DNA from: Amoeboaphelidium protococcarum X5
Taxonomy: Eukaryota > Fungi > Aphelidiomycota
Reading direction: 5' to 3'
Length of the DNA: 64,000 nucleotides
Assembly (NCBI GenBank): GCA_023515725.1
Contig: JALDTO010000215.1
Coordinates: 647,901-711,900 of the forward strand
Position numbers and translations under genes: made by a program. The first letter of the stretch is position 1. Each line of letters begins with the position of its first letter. Under the pieces are notes generated by a model. The model did no database searches. It saw only the letters and a list, made by a program, of their open reading frames with translations, and had not been told where the DNA came from. Positions 25,801-36,569 of this stretch are shown in pieces.

Positions 25801-27289
25801 GTGCCAGCTGTCAGTTGTGCCCAAGTATCATTAAACTATGTCGTTTGGGATTGAGCTGTACCTGCATGATAAGTTTCTGCAAGAAGATGGAGAGTTTTGC
25901 CTGTATCTAATTGAGCGTATTTTGAAATAGAAGCCTCGAGACTATTAGATGCTACTTCTACAAGGATTGCTGCATTTGCGCATGTCCCAGTACGATGCCG
26001 CGATGCATTCATATAGGAAGGCTTAGAAGTTTGCCCCGGACAATGATATCTAGTTTGCCAATAGTTGTGACTCTAGCTTAGCTAAATGTCTTTTGTAATC
26101 GGCTGAAGATTATACAGAGGCTGTGTCTTTATATAAAGCTCTTTTGATGCGCAAAACTACTAAAGAGACTGTTATTGGGCTGGCATTGTCGCTGTATCAT
26201 TCCGGATCTTAAGATGAGGCTGTGGTGTACATTGATCAGTTCCTGAGTCAAGTTGATGGGCTGTTGAAAGTCAAGGCGATGTTATTGAAGGCTCAGATGC
26301 TGTTTTCTGCACAGGATGGTACATAATCAAATCTTAAGGCTAGAGATTGTCTATTCATGTGTTATCAGCAGAATCCGTCATTTTTGGAGGCTATCAAAAT
26401 TCTATTAGCTCTTGGTCTAGTTTCAAAGGATAAGGAGCTATCACAGGCTGCACTGATGGAAATGAAATCCATCCCGTTTGAATCAATGACTGATCAGGAT
26501 CTATTGCATCTGAGTTTATTGAAGGTTGAATACTTAATCGACTCGCAATCCGTATCTGATGGTGTCAAGTATCTTTTGAGTTATGCTCACTTGCATCCTG
26601 ATAACGCCTAGATATGGTACACTTTCTCCAAATTGTACTTAAAGGGAGTACTGTAGACTGAGAGTCATATTGATACCGCTATTGCTCACAGTTAACTTTG
26701 TTTAAGTGCAAATGACACACACGATGGCGTGTTGTAGTCAGTTTTAATACGTTCGTGCGTGAATGTTCCGCTTTCAGATCCTGCTTATGGGATAGAGCTG
26801 ATGCGTCTCGTTCATAAGTATCCTCACAGGCTTGATGTACTGTGCTTTTTGTTGGTTGCTTAGGCTAAGCGAGCTGAAGAGTGTATCAAAGAAAGGGATA
26901 TACCATCTGCAACCGATGCTATCAGTAAAATCGAAATATTCTTAAGCTTGATTAAAGCGACGAATGAACAATCTCAGAAGGATCGAGCTCTGACGGGGTG
27001 GCTTTAAATATTTGAAGCTGATTTGATGAACAACAAGTTTTTATGCGATTTGGTCAGTTCTGATGACTTGATAGCCAGTTTGCAGTAGTTGGATGAACTC
27101 AACTCTACGCTAGGAGCTGATATATCTACATCTGTCAAAGCTCAAGGATACATTGTGCTTGCGAGGTGTCTAATGTCTGTAGATGCATGCGACCAGGCCA
27201 TGGACTGTTACAATCAATCGATAAAACTATCTCCACTAAACCAATGGATATCGGTTGAGAAGTAGAATCAGTAAAAGTCTATCAAGTGA
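22812..27289 (+). CDS. SKI3: Superkiller complex TPR protein Ski3/TTC37; introns 23043-23105 and 23192-23247
   Basis: KLKSVLKKAKDAL..NYQAIVFYAL, AWQGL, RKFRLGAPP, AFTYLGHYY..RAKKCYQK; about 1452 aa of TPR repeats, all track fragments in the predicted frame. Confidence 0.88.
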
Positions 27290-27359
27290 AATCAATATAG
27301 TAGTCAAGTAACGTAACAACAAAATACATGTATTGACATGCAACATGAGTGAATAGTGA

Positions 27360-28073
27360 TCACTTGAAATATCGATTCATAAACTTTTTGTGAAAATCAG
27401 TCTTAAGAATATCATTACTGTCTACTACTGAAGCAGGCCTTGCCGCGCTATTGAAGCTGCTCTACTGCTGTGGTCCAGAAGTACGAGGAGGAGCCTAATT
27501 TCTAAATACTGTATCGTCATTCCATCTCCTCTTTAAATTAAGTGCATCATTCTATACATTCTTGGTGCCGGATGATGATGATTATTACTATTGAGCCTTT
27601 TGACTCGCCTTCTCCTATTTAATCTTTTCTAATTCCAATAGAAGCTACTCAGTATCATCTTCACTATCGTCTTCACCATCATCGCTCGCAGAATCTACAT
27701 TATCATCCAATTACCGCTTAACACCCTTAGCTTTAAGAGCCTCTGTTGATCCGTCTTCATCGCCAGACTCTGAGACATCATTCATATCAATTCCATCTTC
27801 CGATCCATACTCCGCTTCAATCTACTCATGCTCTCCTTCGGCAACTAGAAAATCATCTCCATCCTCATCCTCACTATACTCATTGAATTAATCTGCATCA
27901 TCATTAGGTGCAGCAGTAGATTAGATTTTCCGCTTCTTTACAAATTTATCGAGATCATGCCTCTATTTCAATCGAGTTTAAGACGTTTATTAAACCGCCG
28001 TTCTTTATCGCAAAGGGAAACTCTCCTTTGTACTAATACCACCTCTCGCCGCTTTAACTTGAATTTTTCCCAT
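27360..28073 (-). CDS. CWC15: Spliceosomal NTC-related protein Cwc15
   Basis: EDDTEQLLLELEKIKQEKA, LKRRWNDDTVFRNQ, NDILKTDFHKKFMNRYFK*. Confidence 0.92.
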
Positions 28074-28412
28074 CCTAAATGATGACAAATGTCAGACTAT
28101 TGTAATGTCTTTTTACCACTTTAACGAAATGGTCAGAATTGCAAAGATGACAATCGTCTTCGAAACGAAAAGTCGTCGGAATTGGAGGAAATTGAGCGAG
28201 CGCGTCTCTCTCTCTCTTTCTCTTCTGCTCCAAGTCAGTCGCTCAATCAAACTTGGACGCGCAACTTTAAAAGTCAACACTCATCAGCGCGCATAAAACG
28301 CCACCTCATCGTCGCAACTCTTTAATTCATTTCCTGTTATATCTCAACAATCTTCAAAGCACTTTGCTATTCAAAATCTTCTAAATAAAAATAAATCACC
28401 CTTTTATCAAGT

Positions 28413-29105
28413 ATGTATGTTAAATAACTGCTCTCTCTAGCAATGATGGTGATCGACAATCTGAGTCTTCAGAATCAGTATAGACTGGATTTTGAAGCAG
28501 TAACTATTGTGAGTGGTGATCCTTCATCTCCCGTTAATACTCAAGCAAGTGGCACTCTGTTTAAAGATTTTAGTCAAGATGGTAATGGTGATAAGAGAAT
28601 GTCGCGAATGTACTTGCAGGGTGAGAAATATGATTGGCACATGATGAAACAACTGTAGATCAACGACACCATGTACGTTGCAGATCTTACCGTGGGAGAG
28701 TGTGAGGTGTTCCTCGTACCGTCTGAAGAAAAGGGCAGACTTGGTTTGAACTTGTCTGATTTCAAGTACGCCGGAAGGGAATATGTGAAGCGACACAGAC
28801 AGACGCGCCCGGTCCAGGTGTGGACGTGGAGAATGGAGAAGGCGGTTGAAACAGATCTGGGACGTGTTCTGATTCAAGCCACTTACCAGAATCAGCCGTA
28901 CAAATCCCTGCTAGATCCTCGCGATTGCAACGTTGCGCAGAAAACTCTTGTCAGGAACGCGCCTTATCGCCTTTCGCTGAAACTGCTTCTCCTACAGACT
29001 GAAATCACCATTGTCACAGAGTATGACTGTTATGTGCCTAATTTTGATGATTTCGATGACGACTATGTGTTTGGCATCCCCTCTGTATGTATCAATTAAG
29101 ACTGA
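28413..29105 (+). CDS. Probable secreted or lysosomal beta-sheet protein, possibly ependymin (EPDR)-like
   Basis: Track ORFs 28443 and 28671 join through a TAG; 231 codons; weakly hydrophobic N-terminus; ends TAA GAC TGA. Confidence 0.65.
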
Positions 29106-29318
29106 ATATGTATATTAAGCAATGTACAATACTCCCATATTTGTATATCACTTTTTTGTTTACATCTGTCAGACTTTTTTTGTTGTCGCACTGATTTTGC
29201 TAGTCTTTACTTGACTCAAATTTCTACCAGCGTCGCGCGTTAAAAAGGCTCAAATTGAGTGACTTGAATGAAAGTTTTCTTCATTTACAATAGTTGAATA
29301 GGAGACCGAGAGAGTGGG

Positions 29319-31298
29319 ATGGTTGTAGAAATTGTGGTAATAGTATTGACCATACTATTATTGGCCGCTCAGTTCTATTTCTAGAGCGTAAAAGACGCGT
29401 CTTCTGCCAGAGAAATTAAGAACTCGTCAGATAGAGGACATGTAGTGATGGAAGATCTGGATGTTCGAGATGAAATTGAGACTCCCACTAAGAAATCAAT
29501 CTAAATATGGTATGGTACGCAGACATTTGCTGCTAAAGAATTTTCGCTTGCTTTGAAGCAAAAGGTTGGAAAGGTGCTGCCTGATATTGACGTCAATGTT
29601 ATGAACCTATCCAAGTTTGATGATGACGTTCTGACGCGTTAAAGTAGCAGACGTGCCATGAAGCTGATCATCGTTATACCCACGTACGAGAATGGAACTC
29701 CTCCTGGTAATGCATCTCTATTCTATAAATGGCTAGATGATTTCAAAAATGATTTCAGAGTGAGCAGAGATGAATTGAAGGGACTTGAGTATGCCGTGTT
29801 CGGTCTTGGTCACTCTGACTATACGTAGAACTTTAATGCTGTGGCAAAACGCGTCGATTTTAATCTGGCAAGTCTTGGAGCACAGAAAATTGCAATTACA
29901 GGTCTGGGTGATTTTGCGTATAATATTGCTTAAGACTTTGATGTTTGGTCTGAAGGATTGGTATTGGCTTTGAGTGGTAGTGCTGTGCCTGTCGGCTAGC
30001 AGTAGAATGAAGAACAGGCTATTGTATCTGATGAAGAGGAGGACTAAGAAGAGGGTGATGGTGCAGGCGATGTTATGGATTTAGAAGATGTTGGTAACTA
30101 TGGAGAGTCCAAGAATTAAGCTGCTGGTAATGCTCCGCGTGAAATGGTCAATCCGATGCTGCACAAGTCACTGACCAAGTAGGGATACAAAATCGTTGGA
30201 TCTCATTCTGGTGTTAAGATTTGCAGATGGACCAAGAGTATGTTGAGAGGTAGAGGTGGTTGTTATAAGCATACATTTTACGGAATCGCGTCCCACCAGT
30301 GTATGGAGACTACACCATCTCTTGCCTGTGCTAACAAGTGCGTCTTCTGCTGGAGACATCACACTAATCCTGTGGGTACAACGTGGCGATGGAAGATTGA
30401 TGATCCTAAAAGTGTACTGGATGGTGCTATTGATGGTCATTATTCAATGATTAAACAATTGAAAGGAGTTCCCGGTGTACAAGAGGATCGCATGAAGGAG
30501 GCGTTTGATATCAGACATTGTGCACTGTCCCTCGTCGGTGAGCCCATCATGTATCCGCACATCAATGAGTTTGTTGAGATGTTGCATGCTCGACGCATCT
30601 CCAGTTTCCTGGTGACTAATGCCCAATTTCCTGAAATGATTACCAACTTGTCTCCCGTTACTCAGCTGTATGTCAGTGTCGATGCTGCCACCAAAGAGTC
30701 TCTAAAGAAGATTGACCGTCCACTCTTTGAAGACTTTTGGGAGAGATTTGTCGGGTCGCTGGATGCCATCAGGAATAAAGGACAGAGAACCGTGTACCGT
30801 CTGACTCTGGTCAAGGATTACAACACGGAAGACTTGTCTCACTATTGCGACTTGATCAGAAGAGGATAGCCAGATTTCATAGAGGTTAAGGGTGTGACAT
30901 TTTGTGGATTCAGTGCATCGTCCCCCATAAGAATGTCAAATGTTCCGTATCAGCATGAAGTGGTCGATTTTGTGAAGAAGCTGATTGCCGAGTTGGGATC
31001 TGATATTGAGTATGAGATTGCGTGTGAACATGAACACTCATGCTCAGTGCTAGTGGCGCATAAGAAGTTTTATATTGACGAGAGATGGCATACGTGGATT
31101 GATTATGATAGATTCCATGACTTGATCTAATCTGGCGTTCCATTTGACTCTCTTGACTACGTGGCACCAACTCCAGACTGGGCTGTCTACGGTGATCAGG
31201 CGAAGGGATTCGACCCCGAGATGACGAGGCATTTTAGAAAGCAGAAGGCGTAAAAGATTGCAATTGAAATTGAAAACAATGAAATGGTTGGTAATTGA
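29319..31298 (+). CDS. TYW1: tRNA wybutosine synthase Tyw1 (TM anchor, flavodoxin, radical SAM)
   Basis: WYGTQT, YAVFGLG, SLTK[TAG=Q]GYKIVGSHSGVKICRWTK, CANKCVFCWR, HCALSLVGEPI, IEVKGVTFCG. Confidence 0.96.
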
Positions 31299-31534
31299 GA
31301 CTAAATAAGAATAATAATAAAAATATGAGTACAATTATCGCGGCAATCCCCTGTACCTTACTTACTGACTACAGTTTAAAGAGCAGATCGATCATGAGGT
31401 GCGTTTCATCGCCATAATTTCCTCTTTTCGTCGTTCCGTCCGTCCGTCCGTTCGATGAGATTTCTCTCGCCCTTTCATCCCTCGTTTAGTATATCTTTAA
31501 ATACTATTGCAAAAGGCGGGGTATATCTTATATA

Positions 31535-33430
31535 ATGTCCTCCTCTTAATAATAATAGTAGTAATAATAATAATCTAATTTGTATTAATTTACGCCTGGG
31601 CATCCACTGACTAATGCGGCTTTGAGGTCTATTCTTTCGCTATTCAAGAGAGATTTCATTGAAACTTGGTATTTATGGTTGTGTCCGGCAGAGTATGAAT
31701 TTAGTCAAGATCTGATGAAGGCTCTTGCACAGATCTGCTCAACCATCGAGTCAAATGCTTAGAATGTTGATTGGGATAGGATTATATGCTATGATTTATT
31801 CAAGATTTTGAATAAACATTTGCAAGACTTTAGAGATGCACAGAGAAGTCTATATGACTTGGAACGGCGAGATGGTGTGAGTGAATCTGTATTTGTTAGA
31901 TAGTACTTGGTGCGATAACATCCCTCTATACAAGGTATTGATGATAGAGGTAAAGAGTCTCTGTTGATCACTAAATTGATTCAGTTAACTCTAGTTCGGG
32001 TATTTGGTTAAGCGTCAAATTTGACATAATAATTACTTTTGGAGATATTGCGTAGTGTTCTACTACAGATTTTCGAAAGGATATCAGATCCCACATTTCT
32101 GCATGAAGTAGTGCTTAATATTTGTGATTTTATAGTAAAGGTTGAGGATTAAGATTTGATGTTTAAGTTAAAGTAGCGGGTGCAGTCTAATCCTCAATTG
32201 AATACTATCTCCTCCAATATTAATGTAAATGTTAATAGTAATACTGGTAATAATGGTAATAAGAAGCGTACAGTTGGTCATAAAAAGTCGAGTAGTGAAG
32301 TTTAGCTTACATATGTGTCTGATATTAAAACTCATTTGCATGGTGGTGTGTAAAGTGCGATTAAAGTCAGGCGGTCAAAGGATATGACGGATGTTAATCA
32401 TTAAGCTACCAGTGGCAATGGGGACGCCTCATTATCCTCCAATAGCAATGGCAAGAAGTTTACAGTTATTTAAAGAAATCAGATTTAAACTTAGTCTCTT
32501 CCTGTGGAAACAAAGCTGGTCAGCAATCCTAAGTAGTTATTACCAGATTTATCGCCAGATAAGAGTTTTGAACAAGATCGCGTTACTCCATCTGCAACTC
32601 CTCCTAATATCTCATTGCCGATGCTGGTACTTATATGGGCAGTTTAGTTTATAAAAAGACTCTTTTCAGAGTTTCTTTTAAGGCCTACACAATCTACCAC
32701 CTCTAGATAAGTTTCATCTACATTATTCTCCCATACTTCTGCTCCTACTCAACAGAGTCATCGCTCACTCTTGCAGCCTCAGATTGATGATTAATTTTGG
32801 AATTTTATCGCTTCTTTATTCAAGTTGGACACGTACTATGCTGTACCGTGGACTCTGTTTATGATTGTATATAGGCCGTACGTTTGGTTCATGTTTGGTC
32901 CGTCTATCAGGAATATTATTCGATCTGGAATATCTAGAAGCCTCAGTGACAAGAGCATCTCGTTCGTCATTCGCCTCTTGGAGTAATCATTATGGCCAGA
33001 TTAGAAATGGGGATCTCCTTTGGTGCCGCGAACTGAGCAGGATAAAGCACAGATTTTGGATTAAGCTCAGAAGGCACTAAGGAGACTGTCGGATAAGATT
33101 CATTTGGTAGATACATTAGGCGCGGAAGTTGTCGATGGAGCAATCTCTACTCTGGTGCAGGCAACATCTCATAAGTAACTTAACAAGGCTGTGATTTATG
33201 CCGCCATAGATCATCTTTTAGTGTAGCTGTTTGCTGACGCTGATTAATTGTCCGATAATGGCCATGCTGTAAAATAATAAGAAGCAGTTCAGGATCTCTA
33301 GAATCATGTATCTTCTACTGTAGATGGTATTCTCATTTCCACATCTCAAGCAACGTCCAAGTTGATGATGATGACATCTGAACAGAACAACATCCGACCT
33401 GCGGTCAAGAAGCGATTCAACAAAAATTGA
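31535..33430 (+). CDS. PXA plus Nexin_C(PXC) protein (Mdm1/SNX13 family, Nvj3/Pxa1-like)
   Basis: RDFIETWY, QNVDW, SDPTFL (PXA) and LNKAVIYAAIDHLLVQLF (PXC); 632 codons; nine TAR codons follow the start. Confidence 0.75.
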
Positions 33431-33566
33431 AGTGACTTTAAATAGAATGATGAGAATTGTCAAGTTTCAATCGTTGCTTTATTCTTTCATTAGCTCAAAT
33501 TGTTCCATGGTGGATGATATATCAAATGATGACAAACTCATCCAACCAACCTATCACTCAATCTGC

Positions 33567-35329
33567 TCAAGCAGCAAAAGTCTTGAGAAAGTTTGGCATG
33601 ATGGTATCCTTCAACTTCTTGTTCATGTCATCGCTAATCTTACCATCCTTCTTGATACCGTCAATCAACTCTGGGTATTGGCTCTTCACAAATGGAATGA
33701 TAGCCTTCTCGAACTCGCCAACCTTGTTCACTGGCAGCTTATCCAAGAAACCATTGACACCGGCATAGATGATGACCACCTACTCCTCAACAGGTAGAGG
33801 GCTGTACTGCTTCTGCTTCAAGAGCTCAGTCAGACGAGCACCACGGTTCAGTGTGAACTGAGTGGAAGCATCAAGATCAGAACCAAACTGTGCGAATGCA
33901 GCAACTTCACGATACTGAGCCAAGAAAAGCTTCAGCGAACCGGCAACCTACTTCATAGCCTTGATCTGGGCAGCAGAACCGACACGGGACACGGAAAGAC
34001 CAACGTTAATAGCTGGACGCACACCCTTAAAGAACAGCTCAGCTTCCAAGAAAATCTGGCCATCAGTAATACTAATCACGTTGGTAGGAATGTAAGCAGA
34101 CACATCACCACCCTGAGTCTCAATGATAGGCAGCGCAGTCAGACTACCACCACCAAACTTGACGTTCATCTTGGCAGCACGCTCCAACAGACGACTGTGC
34201 AAGTAGAAAACATCACCAGGATAAGCTTCTCTACCTGGTGGACGACGCAGCAGCAGAGACATTTGACGATAAGCCACGGCCTGCTTGGACAAGTCATCAT
34301 AGATGATCAGTGCATGCTTACCATTATCACGGAAGTGCTCACCCATGGTACATCCAGAGTAAGGAGCCAAGAACTGCAATGGAGCAGCCTCACTAGCAGT
34401 AGCAGCCACAACAATAGAGTACTTCAGAGCATCGTACTGCTCCAGAGTCTGCACAAACTGAGCCACGGTGGATCTCTTCTGACCGACAGCGACGTAGACA
34501 CAGTACAGCTTTCTGCTCTCATCATTACCATCGTTCCATCTCTTCTGGTTGATGATGGTATCCAGAGCAACGGCAGTCTTACCAGTCTAACGATCACCAA
34601 TAATCAACTCACGCTGACCACGACCAATAGGCACCATGGAGTCGATACACTTGATACCGGTCTGCATAGGCTCGTTCACAGACTGACGAGGGATAATACC
34701 AGGAGCCTTGACTTGCACACGCGCACGCTTCACATTCTGGATAGGACCCTTACCATCAATAGGATTACCAAGAGCATCAACAACACGTCCGAGCAGACCC
34801 TCACCTTATGGAACGTCCACAATGTTACCGGTACGCTTCACAGTGTCACCTTCCTTGATCTGACGATCGTTACCAAAGACCACAATACCGACATTGTCAG
34901 CTTCCAAGTTCAAAGCCATACCCTACAAGTTTATAGCGATAATGAATATGAACAATACAATGCCATACGAATCCTTACCTGCACACCGCTGGAGAATTCC
35001 ACCATCTCCTCTGCTTGAACATTACGTAGACCGTACACACGAGCGATACCGTCACCGATGGACAGAACGCGACCAGTCTCTTGCAGATCAACGTTCTTGT
35101 TTGCGCCCAAGATACGCTCCTCCAGAATAGAGGTAACTTCACTTGCACCCGCCTTGGCCATAACCACGGAAGTGCTTCCCAAGTTGCGCTTCATGACGAT
35201 AGCGGAGTTCTACACATTTCAAGGTGGACGAGAGGACGAGAAGTTGATAAATAACTAGTCTTCATAACGGAATCTTACGTTCTAAGAGACTGCTGTCAGT
35301 CTTGCCAATGGTCTACCAATCTTTAACAT
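33567..35329 (-). CDS. ATP1: Nucleus-encoded mitochondrial ATP synthase F1 alpha; introns 34923-34978 and 35210-35278
   Basis: Presequence [35 protein letters not shown][TAG=Q][29 protein letters not shown]; 546 codons. Confidence 0.98.
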
Positions 35330-35803
35330 TATGTATATTATGCGATACGCTAAAAGATAAAGTTGTAATTGTTCTCTCTATGTAATAAGTAGGAAGAAAG
35401 AAGGCGGAAGAGTGAATGAACGAACGAATAGCTGAAGAGGAATGTGCGAAGGAGGAAAGTTTTTGCGAGAGCGATTGACTTTGCCTTGTTCGGTGCTCTC
35501 TCAATTCTTTCAGTGACGACGGGCGGTCGTTGAAGTTTCTCCGTCACGTCGTTCGCGGCTGTTGATATAACGCTGCTCTCTTTTCTCCTCTCGTTCTCTC
35601 TCATCGACTACTTGCACTGCAATAACGCGCGCATATAATTTTTCTGCTTGTTCAACAAAGATAAGCGATCAACACAGATTTCGCCTTAACCTTAGTCACA
35701 CGCGTCATTCCAGTGCTCCCATTATTGTTGCCCGTATAAAGATCATACTCGATATTGCTATACGAAGAGTCTCATCAATAAGAGAAGTATTACGTATAAT
35801 AAA

Positions 35804-36451
35804 ATGCTAACCGCTGTTCGATAAATTATTTCCAAAAGGCTATATAGGTCGCCAGAGTACCCGTAGAAAGTGTGGAAGCCAGTACTAAGCCAGGCTGATG
35901 CTGAGAATCTATCTAAAATTTATAAGACGCGAAATACTAATTAAAGACCAAAGAATATTGTGATTAAAGAACAAGATCATTTATAATCAACCTCGTAATC
36001 TAAATTGTCAGAGTCTACACTTGGAGCTCTTCTCAAAATTAAATAACAAGCTCAATGTCTCATCACCTCTCCTGTTAGTACATAGGCGCAATCGGCCATG
36101 TATGCCACGGTGGAAATTAATTAGAAGCCATTCTCGGTCCTCAAGAATGATATCGTCATCACTAAACGTCTCAAGCACACTAAAGTTGGTGACGAACTTC
36201 TACTGACGCGTATCCGTGAGATTGGCACGCGAGATTATTTTCTGAAAGGCTAACCTCTGGTGCCATCGGAGAATTGTATTGTTAAAGCTATGGTACTGGA
36301 GCACACTCTGTCAGCTAAATACATTACATATAGGCGTAGAGTCGGCCAAGGACCAGGTGATAGGAAATGGCGAAAGCGCAGTTATCGCGATCATTTGACG
36401 ACTCTTCGCATCACCGATATTGACGTCAACATTCCCCAGTCATCGCAATGA
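35804..36451 (+). CDS. Mitochondrial ribosomal protein bL21m
   Basis: Presequence-like N-terminus, MYATVEINQKPFSV, VGDELLLTRIREIGTRDYFLKGQP, VKAMVLEHT, HLTTLRITDI. Confidence 0.85.
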
Positions 36452-36569
36452 ATGTGATTGAGTTGTAATACATAAGATAGAATTATATTTATCGACTTCT
36501 TATATCTCTTTGTTTTCCCATTAGTGTTTTAAACTATCGTTTCACCCATTCTTTTGTCGAAGGCGTTTC

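Noticed and set aside
34197-35018. 273-aa plus-strand ORF
   Set aside because: Antisense shadow of ATP1 produced by codon bias.
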